A DNA stretch of 63,340 nucleotides, the filler included, from Octopus bimaculoides (Eukaryota), in the NCBI RefSeq assembly GCF_001194135.2. It is 7 parts of 6 records of this genome, joined end to end, with 100 filler letters (N's around TTAATTAATTAA, not from the genome) between each part and the next. Parts side by side here need not be neighbours in the genome. Positions count along the whole stretch, not along the records: positions 42,400 to 51,945 come from NC_069002.1; positions 52,046 to 56,254 come from NC_068999.1; positions 56,355 to 61,626 come from NC_068982.1; positions 61,727 to 63,340 come from NC_068986.1; 3 more parts are not named here. One strand, given 5' to 3'. A program made the position numbers and the translations under genes. Below, one piece after another: positions 50,900-63,340 of this stretch (its first letter is position 1; each line of letters opens with the position of its first letter). The notes under the pieces were generated by a model that saw only the letters and a program-made list of their open reading frames with translations, was not told where the DNA came from and made no database searches.

Positions 50900-51075
50900 T
50901 GCGAGTATATGCATATATACGTACATGTATGTACATACCTACTTCTACATGTATATATAGATGCATATCTGGGTACAGGACGTCACAAAAAAACGTGGAC
51001 AAAATGAAAAGCAGAACATAAACAAAGCACAGGAAACAAACAGGCCACATAGAGAATATTTCCTTCATCAGATGC
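50900..51075 (-). mobile_element. PLE pseudo-LTR-like repeat, inverted arm
   Basis: Minus strand CTGATGAaggaaatattc...gacgtcctgtacccagatatgcatctata. Confidence 0.55.
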
Positions 51076-51439
51076 CCAAGTCATTGACTTAAGATACCTG
51101 TCCTGCCTTGGTTTTTGTTTTCTTTTTTTTCCTCTAATATAATTTATACCTGCTGACTCAGAATCCGAATACAGATCCTTACCTCCAGTCTCAGCTGCGA
51201 ACTTAGAACCTAACAGATGACCAAGTGTAACACTTACTCAGCAGCGTACCTATTTGTTTAGATCACCAGTGAACTAAACCCCAGCGTTCTACATCAGATT
51301 TGCGTTTGGTCATACGGCTTTTTAATGTTGTTTTCACTGTCCAATTTTTCCTGTCTAAGTTTGTGTTTGCCACCTTGGAATCCTCTGTTTAGTGGGTCGA
51401 TCCACTACGCAGGAAGAGACTATTCAAGAGTACGTTCTA

Positions 51440-51640
51440 CTTTATCTTCAAAACGTCTAGTTAGAATAGAGGCAACTGACGAAGGATTAATTCCAAGTGG
51501 CTATCTGTTTTCCTATGTGTTCGTTCCGTTGTCTGTAGTTCATTGTTCTAACGTCTTGTATCCTGATATGCATCTATATACACATGTAGATGTAAGTATG
51601 TACATATATGTGTGTATACATGCATATATATTCTTTGTTT
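51440..51640 (+). mobile_element. PLE pseudo-LTR-like repeat, direct arm
   Basis: AAAACGTC...aaCTGACGAaggatt...aacgtcttgtatcctgatatgcatctata. Confidence 0.55.
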
Positions 51641-51679
51641 TGTTATATGTATATATATACATATATATACTCTTTACTC

Positions 51680-51945
51680 TTTTACTCTTTTACTTGTTTC
51701 AATCATTTGACTGCAGCCATGCTGGAGCACCGCCTTTAGTCGAGCAAATCGACCCCAGGACTTATTATTTCTAAGCCTAGTACTTATTCTATCGGTCTCT
51801 TTTTGCCGAACCGCTAAGTTACGGGAACGTAAACACACCAGCATCGGTTGTCAAGCGATGGTGGGGGGGACAAACACAGACACACACAAACATACATATA
51901 CATATATATATATACATATATGCAACGGGCTTCTTTCAGTTTCTG
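51680..51945 (-). mobile_element. SINE family A, truncated by a gap
   Basis: tttacttgtttcaatc...caacgggcttctttcag. Confidence 0.85.
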
Positions 51946-52974
51946 NNNNNNNNNNNNNNNNNNNNNNNNNNNNNNNNNNNNNNNNNNNNTTAATTAATTA
52001 ANNNNNNNNNNNNNNNNNNNNNNNNNNNNNNNNNNNNNNNNNNNNTATATATATATATATTTATATGCATATTTATATGTAGATAGATAGATAGTATATT
52101 CAATCCTCACAGATTCAATATCTAATATATTGATTTCATTCTCCCCGGTATTAAAAATGAATACAGTAACAATGCAGTGTCATAGCAATTCTATGTCTCT
52201 GTGTCTCGTTCTCTATTCCTGTTTCTTCTCCCTCCTCTCTCAGTCTATCTATGTCTATCTCGTTTGTTACAAGATAGCTATCATTATTTTTTATATAACT
52301 GCCGCGAAATATATTTTTTCGGCATGTTTATTTTATCGAGTATATTTTTTTCTCGCACCGGCATACATCGGTTTCAATTTTTTTTTCTCACTTACCTCTG
52401 AGAATATATTTTCATTATATACTTACTTTTATTAAGTTCACCTTTTTCTTTCTATTTTTATATAGTCATATATTTTTTCGCTTCTCCTTCATTTAATCGT
52501 TCAGTTTTAAATTTCCCACGAGCAATCAATACCTATGCTTAATTTAAGCTAATTACTTCCTGACTGTTTAAGTAAACTTGTTAAGAAAACTCTTGTTTTC
52601 TATATTTTTCTGTGTTCCAATTTAATTTGCTACGATAACTTGAATTTCAATTTTTTTTTTTTTTCATGTTTCATTTGTTTTTTTTTTGTTTGTTTTTTTC
52701 GCTATTCAGATTTTTTTTTTATTTCTGATCATAGCCCCTACATTGGTTGTTCTGAAAATCCTCTTCAGATTTTAATTAATTAAATATATGAACTTTTTGT
52801 CTTGTTTTTCTTAACTTTCTTCTTTTGGCAATTTAAAGAGTGGAGGCTTTGCTCTTTAATGTGTTCCGTTATGATTTCGACAAAAATTAAATGGCTGCAG
52901 TTATCGTTTCACCCTTTCTGTGTGTGTGTGTACATAGAAATATGAGTATATATATATGTGTGTGCACGTGTATG

Positions 52975-53051
<77 letters not shown>

Positions 53052-53406
53052 ACTTATTTTCTGTTATGTTTCAGTCGATCGGTATTTGTTTTTGTCTGTG
53101 TGTAACATCGATAACTGATAGGGATATGTAATATGTATGGGGATTAAATGATCCAATTTGTTCAAAGTCAATGCCGGCTATTTTAATGGAAATACCATCA
53201 CATTTTTTTTTTTATTCTGTTAATTATATTGGTGTCATCAGATGTCAGATAAATTGATTAAATATTTATGGTACACCGACATTCTAACTAGTGATTGTCC
53301 CTGAAAAATTCTATGGCAATCTGTTTCAAAGTGCTTCATTATAGGGTTTCCTCTACATACATACTGACACAAACTCTCTCTTTCTCTGTCTCTGTCTGTC
53401 TATCTG

Positions 53407-53444
<38 letters not shown>

Positions 53445-53600
53445 AACACACACCTACACTCTCTCTTTCTCTTTCTTTCTCTCTCCCCCCTCTCTCTCTC
53501 CCCAAAACGCACACACTTAAAGACATATCAGTATCTCGCTACCATAAGTTCATCTCCTAAGATACTATTTTTTGTGTATTATCTATCAACTTTCTCGCTT

Positions 53601-53655
<55 letters not shown>

Positions 53656-53910
53656 CTTTCTCTCAATATATATAGACACGCACACATAAACACACACACA
53701 CACATAATCATCTAGAGTTTAATGAATAATGTATAGACAATTTAATACATGCGGTTATATAGTTCAATAATTATATGTACCAATACGCATTGATACACAT
53801 GTGCATACATACCTACACGTATCTATGCATGCGAGTATATATGTTTGCATTTATGTATTTATCAATGTATGTATATAGGCATATATGTATATGTATATGT
53901 GTATGTGTAT

Positions 53911-53950
<40 letters not shown>

Positions 53951-53960
53951 NNNNNNNNNN

Positions 53961-54150
53961 AGGAGCACTCCGTCAGTTACGACGACGAGGGTGCTGTTGA
54001 TACGATCAACGGAACAGCTTACACGTGAAATTAACGTGCAAGTGGTTGAGCACTCCACAGACACGTGTACCCTTAACGTAGTTCTAAGAGATATTGAGCG
54101 TGACACAGTGTGACAAGGCTGGCCTTTTGAAATACAGGTACTGCTCATTT
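53961..54150 (-). mobile_element. SINE family D, 3' part
   Basis: gcactccgtcagttacgacgacgagg...tgacaaggctggcc. Confidence 0.85.
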
Positions 54151-54559
54151 TTTGAAAGTTGTAAGTATTTTGGCAGTGCCATTAATTCAATTAAATCAAA
54201 TTATCTCTCAATATTATACCAGGAGAAATACTAGAAATTTATTAGGTGCATGTTTATGGAAATTTTCACACCAGTCCCGTGATATATTGTATTACGGTAG
54301 AATAGAAAAACCACTCACACACGCCATATTAGATCAGTTCACCACAGAATTAATTAGGAACATAATTTACTGGCATAAGCACTCCTTGGTCAATCGAATT
54401 CGAAACATGCTAGGAGATAAAGAGAAAAGAGCTAGAATCCTTTTTTTATATTAAATTGTTTATCATTACTTCTTAATATGTTTAGCAGCATGACACGAGT
54501 AAGTAGCAGCTACATCGTAATTTTTAGAAGAATATTTCTTGATATTTTTTTCTGCTCTA

Positions 54560-54860
54560 GGAACAAAGCCCGAAATTTTGGTGGAGGGGGCCAGTACACA
54601 AATGGTGCATAATTTATCGACCCCGAAAGGATGAAAGGCAAAGTCGACCTTGGCGGAATTTGAAATCAGAACGTAAAGACAGACGAAATACCGCTAATCA
54701 TTTCGCTCGGCGTGGTAAAGTTTCTGCAAGCTTGCCTCCTTTAATCGTTCTGAATATTACAATAGAAAGAAGTGGCCAGCTGGACAAAATGCTTAGCACG
54801 CCGGACAAAATGTTTAGCAGCATTCCGTCCGTCTTTACATTCTGCGTTAATTTCGTTAAT
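54560..54860. mobile_element. Head-to-head SINE family B pair (minus 54560-54740, plus 54770-54860)
   Basis: Antisense copy ending gcttgcctcctt, then sense head cttagcacgccggacaaaatg. Confidence 0.75.
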
Positions 54861-55160
54861 TCTTGAATCTGCACTTAATTTTAGTGTACTTTGTATTACT
54901 TTGCTCCCCTTTGAATAAGGTATCAAAGCAGGACAAGCTTCATATTGATGAAATATAAGTTTGAAGTACATAAACATAGAGAACATTTGTTGTTGTTGGC
55001 ATTGGCAACAAGTTGTCCATGGCAGAGTTTATAGGACTGTGTTATAATGTCGGTAATTATTGAAGAAACTAATATTTCGAATTTTGCACACTGATTGCTC
55101 GAACGAAAGGGAAACAGTTTACATCGTTTTTATGTGCAAGCAAAAGGTAAATGAATTTAC

Positions 55161-55206
55161 ATTGTCAAGGAATCTGCATCGAAGTTAGCTTCAAGGCCAG
55201 ACCAAC
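55161..55206 (-). CDS. Candidate exon (S)WSGLEANFDADSLT, phase 1 to 2
   Basis: attttctacacctttcccAG acceptor, AT|GTAAAT donor; only the phase-1 frame is open. Confidence 0.35.
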
Positions 55207-55708
55207 CTGGGAAAGGTGTAGAAAATCAAATGGGTAAAACAAGACTTGCCGACGACTAAATGTATTTAATTTTAATGTGAATGATTTTGTAGAAATGTTG
55301 CGTAAGGATTTAAAAGAAACACATTGTGGTGAAAAAGCAGACAATAAAATCAGGTGTGGTCTGATGGATCTTTTGTTATAATTAGTCAAATTACTTACTC
55401 AAAAATTCAGTGCGACTGTATTTTGGAATAATGTTCATAGATGTGTAAGTATCTCAGAGGAAAGTGAGTGGAGCTCGGACACTCTTCTACTGTATAAATA
55501 ATACTTTCAGGTTATCATACCATTTGAAATTATTGAGGCCTTAATTTTAAACCTCCCCTCCCACCAAATCTATTAGGAAGATAAATCAATTTATACAGTA
55601 TTAGAATAGGCTGGTTAAAAGTACAGAATTTAAGTGGATGCAGATAACTGATAAGTAAAAACAGTGAAAGAAATGAAGTGATATGTTCAGTAGTTTGGTC
55701 GAGACCAT

Positions 55709-55771
<63 letters not shown>

Positions 55772-56633
55772 AAAGAACGGAAAGAAAATATTAAATGGAA
55801 AGAGACAAGAAAAAGTGTCATCGTCTCGACTAAATGAAATCATACAGATCATATGAAGATTGGAAGTTATAAGCAGATGATGCAGAAATCCAACAGTAAC
55901 TGCATCTCACTAATCTATTTTATGAGACACATGGAATATACTTAATGTCCCATGACTGTTTTGTATAGACAATAGTATTAAAATAGATTGTACACATTAA
56001 TAAAATAGGTTTTACACTTATATAGACAGTAGTATTAAACTAGATTATAGATGTTTTCCATTATTACCAAAACAATGTTTATATACACGTCCTCAAGACG
56101 TACTATTCAAATAAACGTATTTGAAAGCCGTCATTTACAAGCACACACGCGTACACACACTCACGCGCACACAAACCCACACAAGCCAATATAGTCATAC
56201 AAGATACTGACATACACAGGTGCACACGCATATATATATATATATATATATATANNNNNNNNNNNNNNNNNNNNNNNNNNNNNNNNNNNNNNNNNNNNTT
56301 AATTAATTAANNNNNNNNNNNNNNNNNNNNNNNNNNNNNNNNNNNNNNNNNNNNTACATATATATATATATGTATGTATTATGTGTGGGTGTATATATAT
56401 ATATATATATATATATACATACAGACATAAATATTTGTATATGTGTGTGTATATATATGTCTCGTATGTATTAATGCATATATGTATGCATATATACGTG
56501 TGTGCGTGTGTGTATGTGTGGATATTTACACACATACGTGTGCATGTGTGTGTATACATGGGCTTATACCTACAAGTGGTATGAGATCGAATATGTTAAA
56601 GCTACTTAATGCTAAAACACATCAAATGCTTAC

Positions 56634-56736
56634 TTATAACGGAGGCTAAAACCAGAAGCACGGTCACAATCGTACTTATACATATACTCAAACCGGGAGA
56701 AAGTGAGGCCCGGGCATTCAACCAGATCATAATCAT
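56634..56736 (-). CDS. Candidate first coding exon with a hydrophobic signal/TM segment, MIMIWLNARASLSPGLSICISTIVTVLLVLASVI
   Basis: In-frame TGA immediately before the ATG, A|GTAAGC donor, upstream acceptor at 56803-56804; phase matches 55206. Confidence 0.35.
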
Positions 56737-56923
56737 TCACGATTAGTGCAAAGTGTTGAATTTGTATTATCGCGTTTTACGTACGAGTTGCTTTGCTTAC
56801 AACTGAAATATCAATTTCCATTTATCAACAATTTATCGACGTTACAATTATTACTCTGCAACGGATACGGATATCTGTGTGTGTGTGTATATAGATATTA
56901 ATACATACATACATATATATATA

Positions 56924-56976
<53 letters not shown>

Positions 56977-58000
56977 NNNNNNNNNNNNNNNNNNNNNNNN
57001 NNNNNNNNNNNNNNNNNNNNNNNNNNNNNNNNNNNNNNNNNNNNNNNNNNNNNNNNNNNNNNNNNNNNNNNNNNNNNNNNNNNNNNNNNNNNNNNNNNNN
57101 NNNNNNNNNNNNNNNNNNNNNNNNNNNNNNNNNNNNNNNNNNNNNNNNNNNNNNNNNNNNNNNNNNNNNNNNNNNNNNNNNNNNNNNNNNNNNNNNNNNN
57201 NNNNNNNNNNNNNNNNNNNNNNNNNNNNNNNNNNNNNNNNNNNNNNNNNNNNNNNNNNNNNNNNNNNNNNNNNNTATATATATATATATATATATACATG
57301 TACATATATGTATATATATGTACACGCTTGTATGTGTATATAATGTATATATGTATGAGCATGCAAATATGTCCATATGTTGTATAAATGTTTATATATA
57401 CATATATATACGTATACATGTAAGTTAATCTGTGTGTATATGAATGTGAGTGTGTGTGTGTGTGTGTGTCTGCATGTGCATATGTGCTAGATGGGATGTA
57501 ATGAGAATATATAGCTAGCAGCACTGGAAATAATAATATAAAGATAATTTGATGGAACGTTGTTATATATGTAGATTGCTCGATAGAATTTATATCTCTC
57601 GATTAATACCCAAAAGGCTTGATGACACTTCGATTTCCTGTTGATAACCATGCCGTAGTCAATTGTCTATTGATATCATTAGATTGAAATTTCTGGTACA
57701 TCATCGACGAACTCTAGTAGAACAGAAATATCGACTTTTCTATTTTAGACGTTTATTTACATTTTATAACGTGAACATGTTTGAAAATTATTCTTTACCA
57801 GTTAAATATATTTTCTCGATTCTGTTTTATTCTGCGTATCCGTCTTCTTTAACTGTATAAATTGCAGCTACAAGTACAGCACTCACTGAATCTCCGTAGT
57901 TAGGTAGTTGTAATAAAAATATTTCGTTGCTCTAATGTATGATAGACTATATTTATCTTCTTTAACCTACATACTTCTGTTATTAAGATGAAACACATTT

Positions 58001-58066
58001 TTCCTGCACCACATGTATACGTACGTTTCAACATTTTCTGGTGTCCTCATCAGTCATCGTGCCCCA
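58001..58066 (-). ncRNA. Minimal type I hammerhead-ribozyme-like motif with intact catalytic core
   Basis: gcacgatga CTGATGA ggacaccagaaaatgtt GAAAC gtac GTA tacatgtggtgc. Confidence 0.55.
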
Positions 58067-59104
58067 GCTTTATCCCTCCCCAAACACACTGCCAATAAAC
58101 CAAGTAATGTTAGTGGGCAAAGTAAAATGGATAGACCAGACAAATTGTTTATAGTAGTCGTAATCCATTGTGTTGGAAATACTGCCTGTTGGTGTGTTAT
58201 AATACATTATAGTAACTAAACGAAACACCAGTGATTTAAGGTAATAACCAAAGTATATTAAAATGAAGGGTGGTTTAGTACCACATTACTAAAAGCACGA
58301 ACAAAAATAGCTTTAGCAATTATTTTAGTCTATAATGTACTATTATAATAAACCTGAAGTCAGTTGAATTATGATATAAAAACAGAAACCTATGACTTGT
58401 TAATTATATATATTTCCTAAGTAAGGACGATCAAGAGTTGTCGTTGCTGTCATTGTTTGCTTATCCACGTGTCAGCTCCAATCGATGTGACTGATCTGTT
58501 CCAAAGTCAATTGCCTTCTCATCATTTTAGGGATATGTCTAGATTATATTATTAGCTTAAATGTATCTCTCTTACTATAGACGGCAGAATTGTTAAGAAC
58601 CGCTATAAAGCCTGCTTTCACCCATGCATTTTATGCTAAAACTCCTTAGGGTATAAGTCACAGCGCAGCCGGACACTTCTGGGACTGCTAGACTCACACA
58701 GAATATGAGTTTAGAATACAAATTCAAGAAAATGTATTAAACTATTTTATAGAACTAACCACTTTTCCAATTAAATCGGTTATCATTTTAACAAATCTCA
58801 GATGTCTGTTAGTTGTTACTGATCGCCACGTTTTTATTGCTATGCGATTTGGAGAGAGTTTTCTCTTTTATGTAGAGTCTCTGTCTATCGCATGCACAAG
58901 AAAACTTTCAAGATAATTGATCTGGAATACCTGCAAATATAAAATCGATCATAACGTTGATTTCTAATGAATACCACTCTAAAATGCACTGGAAATAGAA
59001 ATATTTATTGTTTACGCAGTACTGCCATTATTTCAGTAGTACACTAGTGACACCAATAACTTTGCCATCAATTGTGGTTAAAAGATGTGGGGAGTTACAT
59101 TCTT

Positions 59105-59745
59105 TTCTACTCTAGGCACAAGGCAGAAATTTGGGAGGGAGCTAGTCGATTAGATCAATCCCAGTATGCAATTGGTACTTAATTTATCGACCCTGAAAGG
59201 ATGAAAGGCAAAGTCGACCTCGATAAAATTTGAACTCAGAACGTAGAGACAGACGAAATACCGCTAAGCATTTCGCCCGGCGTGCTAACGTTTCTTATTT
59301 CTTTACTACCCACAAGGCGCTACACACAGAGGGGGAAAAACAAGGACAGACAAACGGGTTAATTCGATTATATCGACCCCAGTGCGTAACTGGTATTTAT
59401 TTAATCGAACGCAAAAGGATGAAAGGCAAAGTCGACCTCGGTGGAATTTGAACTCTGGATGTAAAGACAGACGAAATACTGCTAAGCGTTTCGCCAGGCG
59501 TGCTAACGTTTCTTATTTCATTATTGCCCACAAGGGGCTAAACATAGAGGGGACAAACAAAGACAGACAAGGAAATTAAGTCGATTACATCGACGCCAGT
59601 GCGTAACTGGTACTTAATTTATCGACCCCGAAAGGATGAAAAGCAAAGTCTACTTCGGCGGTATTGGAACTCAGAACGTAACGGCAGACGATATATCGCT
59701 AAGCATTTCGCCCGGTGTGCTAACGTTTCTGCCAGCTCGCTGCCT
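59105..59745 (-). mobile_element. Tandem trimer of SINE family B, 218-bp period
   Basis: gtgctaacgtttct recurs at 59282, 59500 and 59718. Confidence 0.9.
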
Positions 59746-61564
59746 TCTGCGAGATACATTCCTTGGAATCCCTATAGGACTCGTAATACGAGTTACAAGT
59801 CGTGGATGTGGGGGCTATGCGGTCAAATTGTTTCTGATTCAAGCAAGTGAGATTACCTTTACATATCTTAGGTAAAACGTTTTACAAATCGCAAGAATAT
59901 ATGGAGCCGGTAACCAGGTTTTGTTCCTGCAGTATTAAGTAGAGGAAAAATGAATATCTCACAAGGTTATACGTTAGTATATTGGTGTCTGATATTGCCA
60001 CGAAAAAAAAAAAAACTTATTCCGATGTACATCCCAGACAGTACTTACAGCAATAAATTAATTGTATTATCAGCAATGACTTGACGTGAGATATATTTGT
60101 ATTAGCCATAGACGAAATGCAACGTCGGGGAAAACATACTAACTGCGAACTGGCTACTTCCTGTTCAACTACGATCTGAATTCTCTTTTATCAAGATAAT
60201 AGTTGTAGAATGTATTTTAATTAGTATTGGAAAATTAATCAAATCGAATTCCGATAAATTATTCTTTTAATAGTTTAATTAATCTATTTGTTTACGACAG
60301 TGTCTCACTGAGCTATAAATTGTTGTAATTCTAAATTGTACACCTACGCCTCATTATTGGACTCTAGAAAATAAATACAATGGTATGAACCCAGACTTAA
60401 TAGCTCACATTATTTATTATTGTTTTTCTATATTCGAATACTATTGAGGTTAACATTTCGTCCCAACATCTTAAACTAGAGAGCACGTAGTATATCACAG
60501 TATGACATCCTCATTAATCTTTAAAAGATATCCAACAGAGAAAACTCTTTTCGATTAAAAGTAAACACATCAGTCTGTATTTCGGTATACATTGATATAT
60601 AACGTAAAACAATTACTTTCAGATAGTATAGCAATTACTGCAGAGTAAATAATTTAAGTATCTGCAAATAGTAGACTTTAATGAAATTTTAATCCTCAGT
60701 TGGATTAAAGTAGCTCCATTATATCCAATAATGCTTCGATAACTCTATAAACACTGCACTATTTTAACGCTTTCCTACGACATTAAGGACCGTCTATGTA
60801 TTCACCCAACAGGCTTGTGTTAATAGTCATATCTTCTTTAAGCAGCATCTTACATTCTAAATAAGATAACACACAGGAGAATATAATCTTATGTCTGATT
60901 TATAAACATGAAGGTCATACTTGGAAGACATTTGGTCACAAGTCTATTAGTGAGAACTGACCTGGAACTAAATAAAACATGATACATATGTGCATAATTC
61001 AACACAGTGCTTGGAGTTGGCTTGGGAGACGTAGATCAGCGTTCAATTACTAAATCCATATAGAGATTAATGTAGTGTTTGAAATTAGATTCTTTCAAAT
61101 GACAGGCTCTGTAAATTCTGGTGGGAAGCTAAAGCAAACTAAATTTTGCTGACCGTATTTTGTTTTATTTGTTTTCTATTATTTGGTAACTTGTGAAAAG
61201 ACAAACCATTACGCTGTATTATGTAATTATTGTTTCCGGCATTTCCCTACTTTTTAAAATATATAAAAGGCAACACTTTCCACTGCTATCAAAAACGCAA
61301 AACACAAATAAAATATCCTAAATTTTCTGTTTCGCTTACATTTTTCAACAAATGGTGGACAGGATGGCTCTTTAAATCATTACAACGGAGACACATTTTG
61401 CATCTTCCATGTCCATGTAATCCAATAGTTTAGATGATGATTAAAAATGTTTTTATCATCCGTTTTGTTACTCATATATGTGTGTGTGTGTGTATATATA
61501 TATGTTCGTGTGTCCATGTGTGTATGTGTGTGCATGTGTGTATGTATGTTACAATATATGTTTG

Positions 61565-61626
<62 letters not shown>

Positions 61627-61762
61627 NNNNNNNNNNNNNNNNNNNNNNNNNNNNNNNNNNNNNNNNNNNNTTAATTAATTAANNNNNNNNNNNNNNNNNN
61701 NNNNNNNNNNNNNNNNNNNNNNNNNNTGTATGCGTGTGTATGTATGCGTGTGTGTACGTGTG

Positions 61763-61795
<33 letters not shown>

Positions 61796-61809
61796 TGTGT
61801 TCGTATGTG

Positions 61810-62055
61810 TGTGTGTGTTTGTTTGTCCTCTACCACGACTTAGTAACCGTAGTTGGTTTGTATACGTTCCCGTAATTTAGCTCTTCGGCAACAGTAATCG
61901 ATAGAATAAAATAAAAAAAAACAGATAAAATAAAAAATTAGACTAAAATAAAAAAAACGAAAAACAAATAAGTACTGAAGCCGATCTGTTCGAATACCCA
62001 CTTCAAGGTAATGCTCTAGCGTGACTAGTCCAATGACTAAAATAAATAAAAGATA
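61810..62055 (+). mobile_element. SINE family A, diverged 3' half
   Basis: gtttgtcctctaccacg...cgatagaataa...caatgactaaaataaa. Confidence 0.7.
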
Positions 62056-62374
62056 AGAAATTCGATTAATTGAAAATATTAAAGTTATCTCCCTTGCTTA
62101 TAATTTTAGAATTGTAAACACATTTAGAGGAAGGTATTTTTTTATCTACATATCGTATAAATATTTTCTGATAAACTAAATTTTTAAACTCACTGACTCT
62201 ACCTATCAGCATTTGTACATGATATCGTTCTGGATATAGAAAGAACGAAGTAGAGGCTGATCGAGGAGATTATAGTGGATATGTACTCATTGAGTACTCC
62301 AATACGCGGACTGTTTTCTTCTTAAACCTTAGAACTCATGGTGACTGAAATCACAACATTCCGGTCCGTTGCAA

Positions 62375-62590
62375 GGGTTGAAGGCCAGCGATTTAGAGGA
62401 GAGAAAACTAGTCGATCACATAGACCCCCCAATACTTGACCGAGTACTTTATTTCATCGACCTCGAAGAGATAAAAGGAAAAGTTGGTCTTGGCAGGATC
62501 TGAACACAGAACGTTAAAATCCAGAAGCCATATCATCAGGCATTTTGGCCATCATGCTAACAATGATTCTGCCAGCTTGCCAACTTAGAC
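62375..62590 (-). mobile_element. SINE family B, diverged
   Basis: gtcgatcacatagacccc...gatctgaacacagaacg...gattctgccagctt. Confidence 0.7.
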
Positions 62591-62849
62591 CAATTGTAAT
62601 CGATACTGAATTATTTGACAGATACTGCTACGATGTCACTTCTTCAGTAAATTTTGTTGTAGACAACACTTGATAATGTTTTAACTGTTTTGTCTCCAAG
62701 TCTCTTCTGATTTATCAGACCAATGATCAAAGGCGTTCTAGCCGTTACCGTTGACCTTTTTTTAGTTTATTTCTTACTTTGTTTACAGGCATGGTATATC
62801 TAGGACGACATAGTTTCCTGTGTCGTTCCTTATTTCGTCGTCTTCGTTG

Positions 62850-63200
62850 TTGTGGCACTCCTTCAGTTACGAAGACGAGGGTTCCAGTTGATCCGATCAA
62901 CGGAACAGCCTGCTCGTGAAGTTAACGTGCAAGTGGCTGAGCACTCCACAGACACGTGTACTCTTTACGTAGACACGGAGTATGACAAGGCTGGCCCTTT
63001 GAAATATAAGTACAACAAAAACAGGAAGAAAAAGTGAGAGAAAGTTGTGGTGAAAGAGTACAGCAGGGTTCGCCACCACACCCTGCTGGAGCCTCATGGA
63101 GCTTTAGGTATTTTCGCTCAATAAACACTCACAACGCCCGGTCTGGGAATCGAAATCGCGATCCTACGACCGCGTTTCTGCTGCCCTAACCATTACGCCT
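62850..63200 (-). mobile_element. SINE family D, near full length
   Basis: gcactccttcagttacg...gggaatcgaaatcgcg...ccctaaccatt. Confidence 0.85.
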
Positions 63201-63340
63201 CCACGTTCCTTACTTACCAAGGCAGTGTATTGTATATTATAAGGCAGAGATTTGAAAATGAAAGTTGGTACCTATGACACCTTCTACAGGGTTGCTGAGA
63301 CTGGTGGGGGTGAAATAAGGAACATCTGACGGTTCCTCAG

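Noticed and set aside
54152-54454. 100-aa ORF and a 39-nt minus-strand exon candidate (54409-54371)
   Set aside because: No recognisable domain; the exon reading is ambiguous between two frames.
17468-57524. Long ORFs containing X runs or YI/CV/HT/SL dipeptide runs
   Set aside because: Translations of N gaps and (TA)n, (TG)n, (CA)n and (CT)n microsatellites.
8446-61682. Six recurring TTAATTAATTAA 12-mers as a biological repeat
   Set aside because: Always centred in about 100-bp N gaps and encode stops in all frames, so they are an assembly linker. Contig order across them is uncertain.
2855-63200. tRNA genes or CRISPR-like arrays
   Set aside because: tRNA-like segments are SINE heads lacking complete acceptor stems. 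Repeated units are dispersed retroposons, not repeat-spacer arrays, and no cas genes are present.
63218-63300. Minus-strand exon with strong acceptor and GTAAGT donor
   Set aside because: Cannot be chained as coding to downstream exons; may be UTR. Not enough support at the window edge.

Overview
This is eukaryotic, AT-rich, microsatellite-saturated draft-assembly DNA with many N gaps. The SINE families and repeat density look like a coleoid cephalopod (Octopus-like); that is my inference from recall, not a database result. Most ORFs in the supplied track are artefacts of microsatellites or N runs. Real host coding signal is limited to isolated exons. These are the terminal exon of a FAM136A homologue (minus, 15652-15843), a HEAT/PBS-lyase-repeat exon resembling HEATR4 (plus, 45814-46003), and several weaker splice-bounded exons on both strands. 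The rest is mostly transposon debris: at least five SINE/short-retroposon families, RLE-type LINE fragments, Tc1/mariner remnants, TTAA-flanked piggyBac-type MITEs, and Penelope-like elements (PLEs) represented by a GIY-YIG endonuclease, a decayed RT and inverted pseudo-LTRs. I see no unambiguous new biological system. The best leads are (i) several hammerhead-ribozyme-like motifs tied to PLE ends, including a deletion junction that maps to a predicted cleavage site, (ii) a pre-miRNA-like hairpin at about 44.5 kb, (iii) a near-consensus CTCF site, (iv) a 218-bp SINE trimer with promoter-less junctions, and (v) a FAM136A 3' end abutting another same-strand exon. Repeat boundaries are read by eye (about +/-20 bp). 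Family labels A-E are my own.
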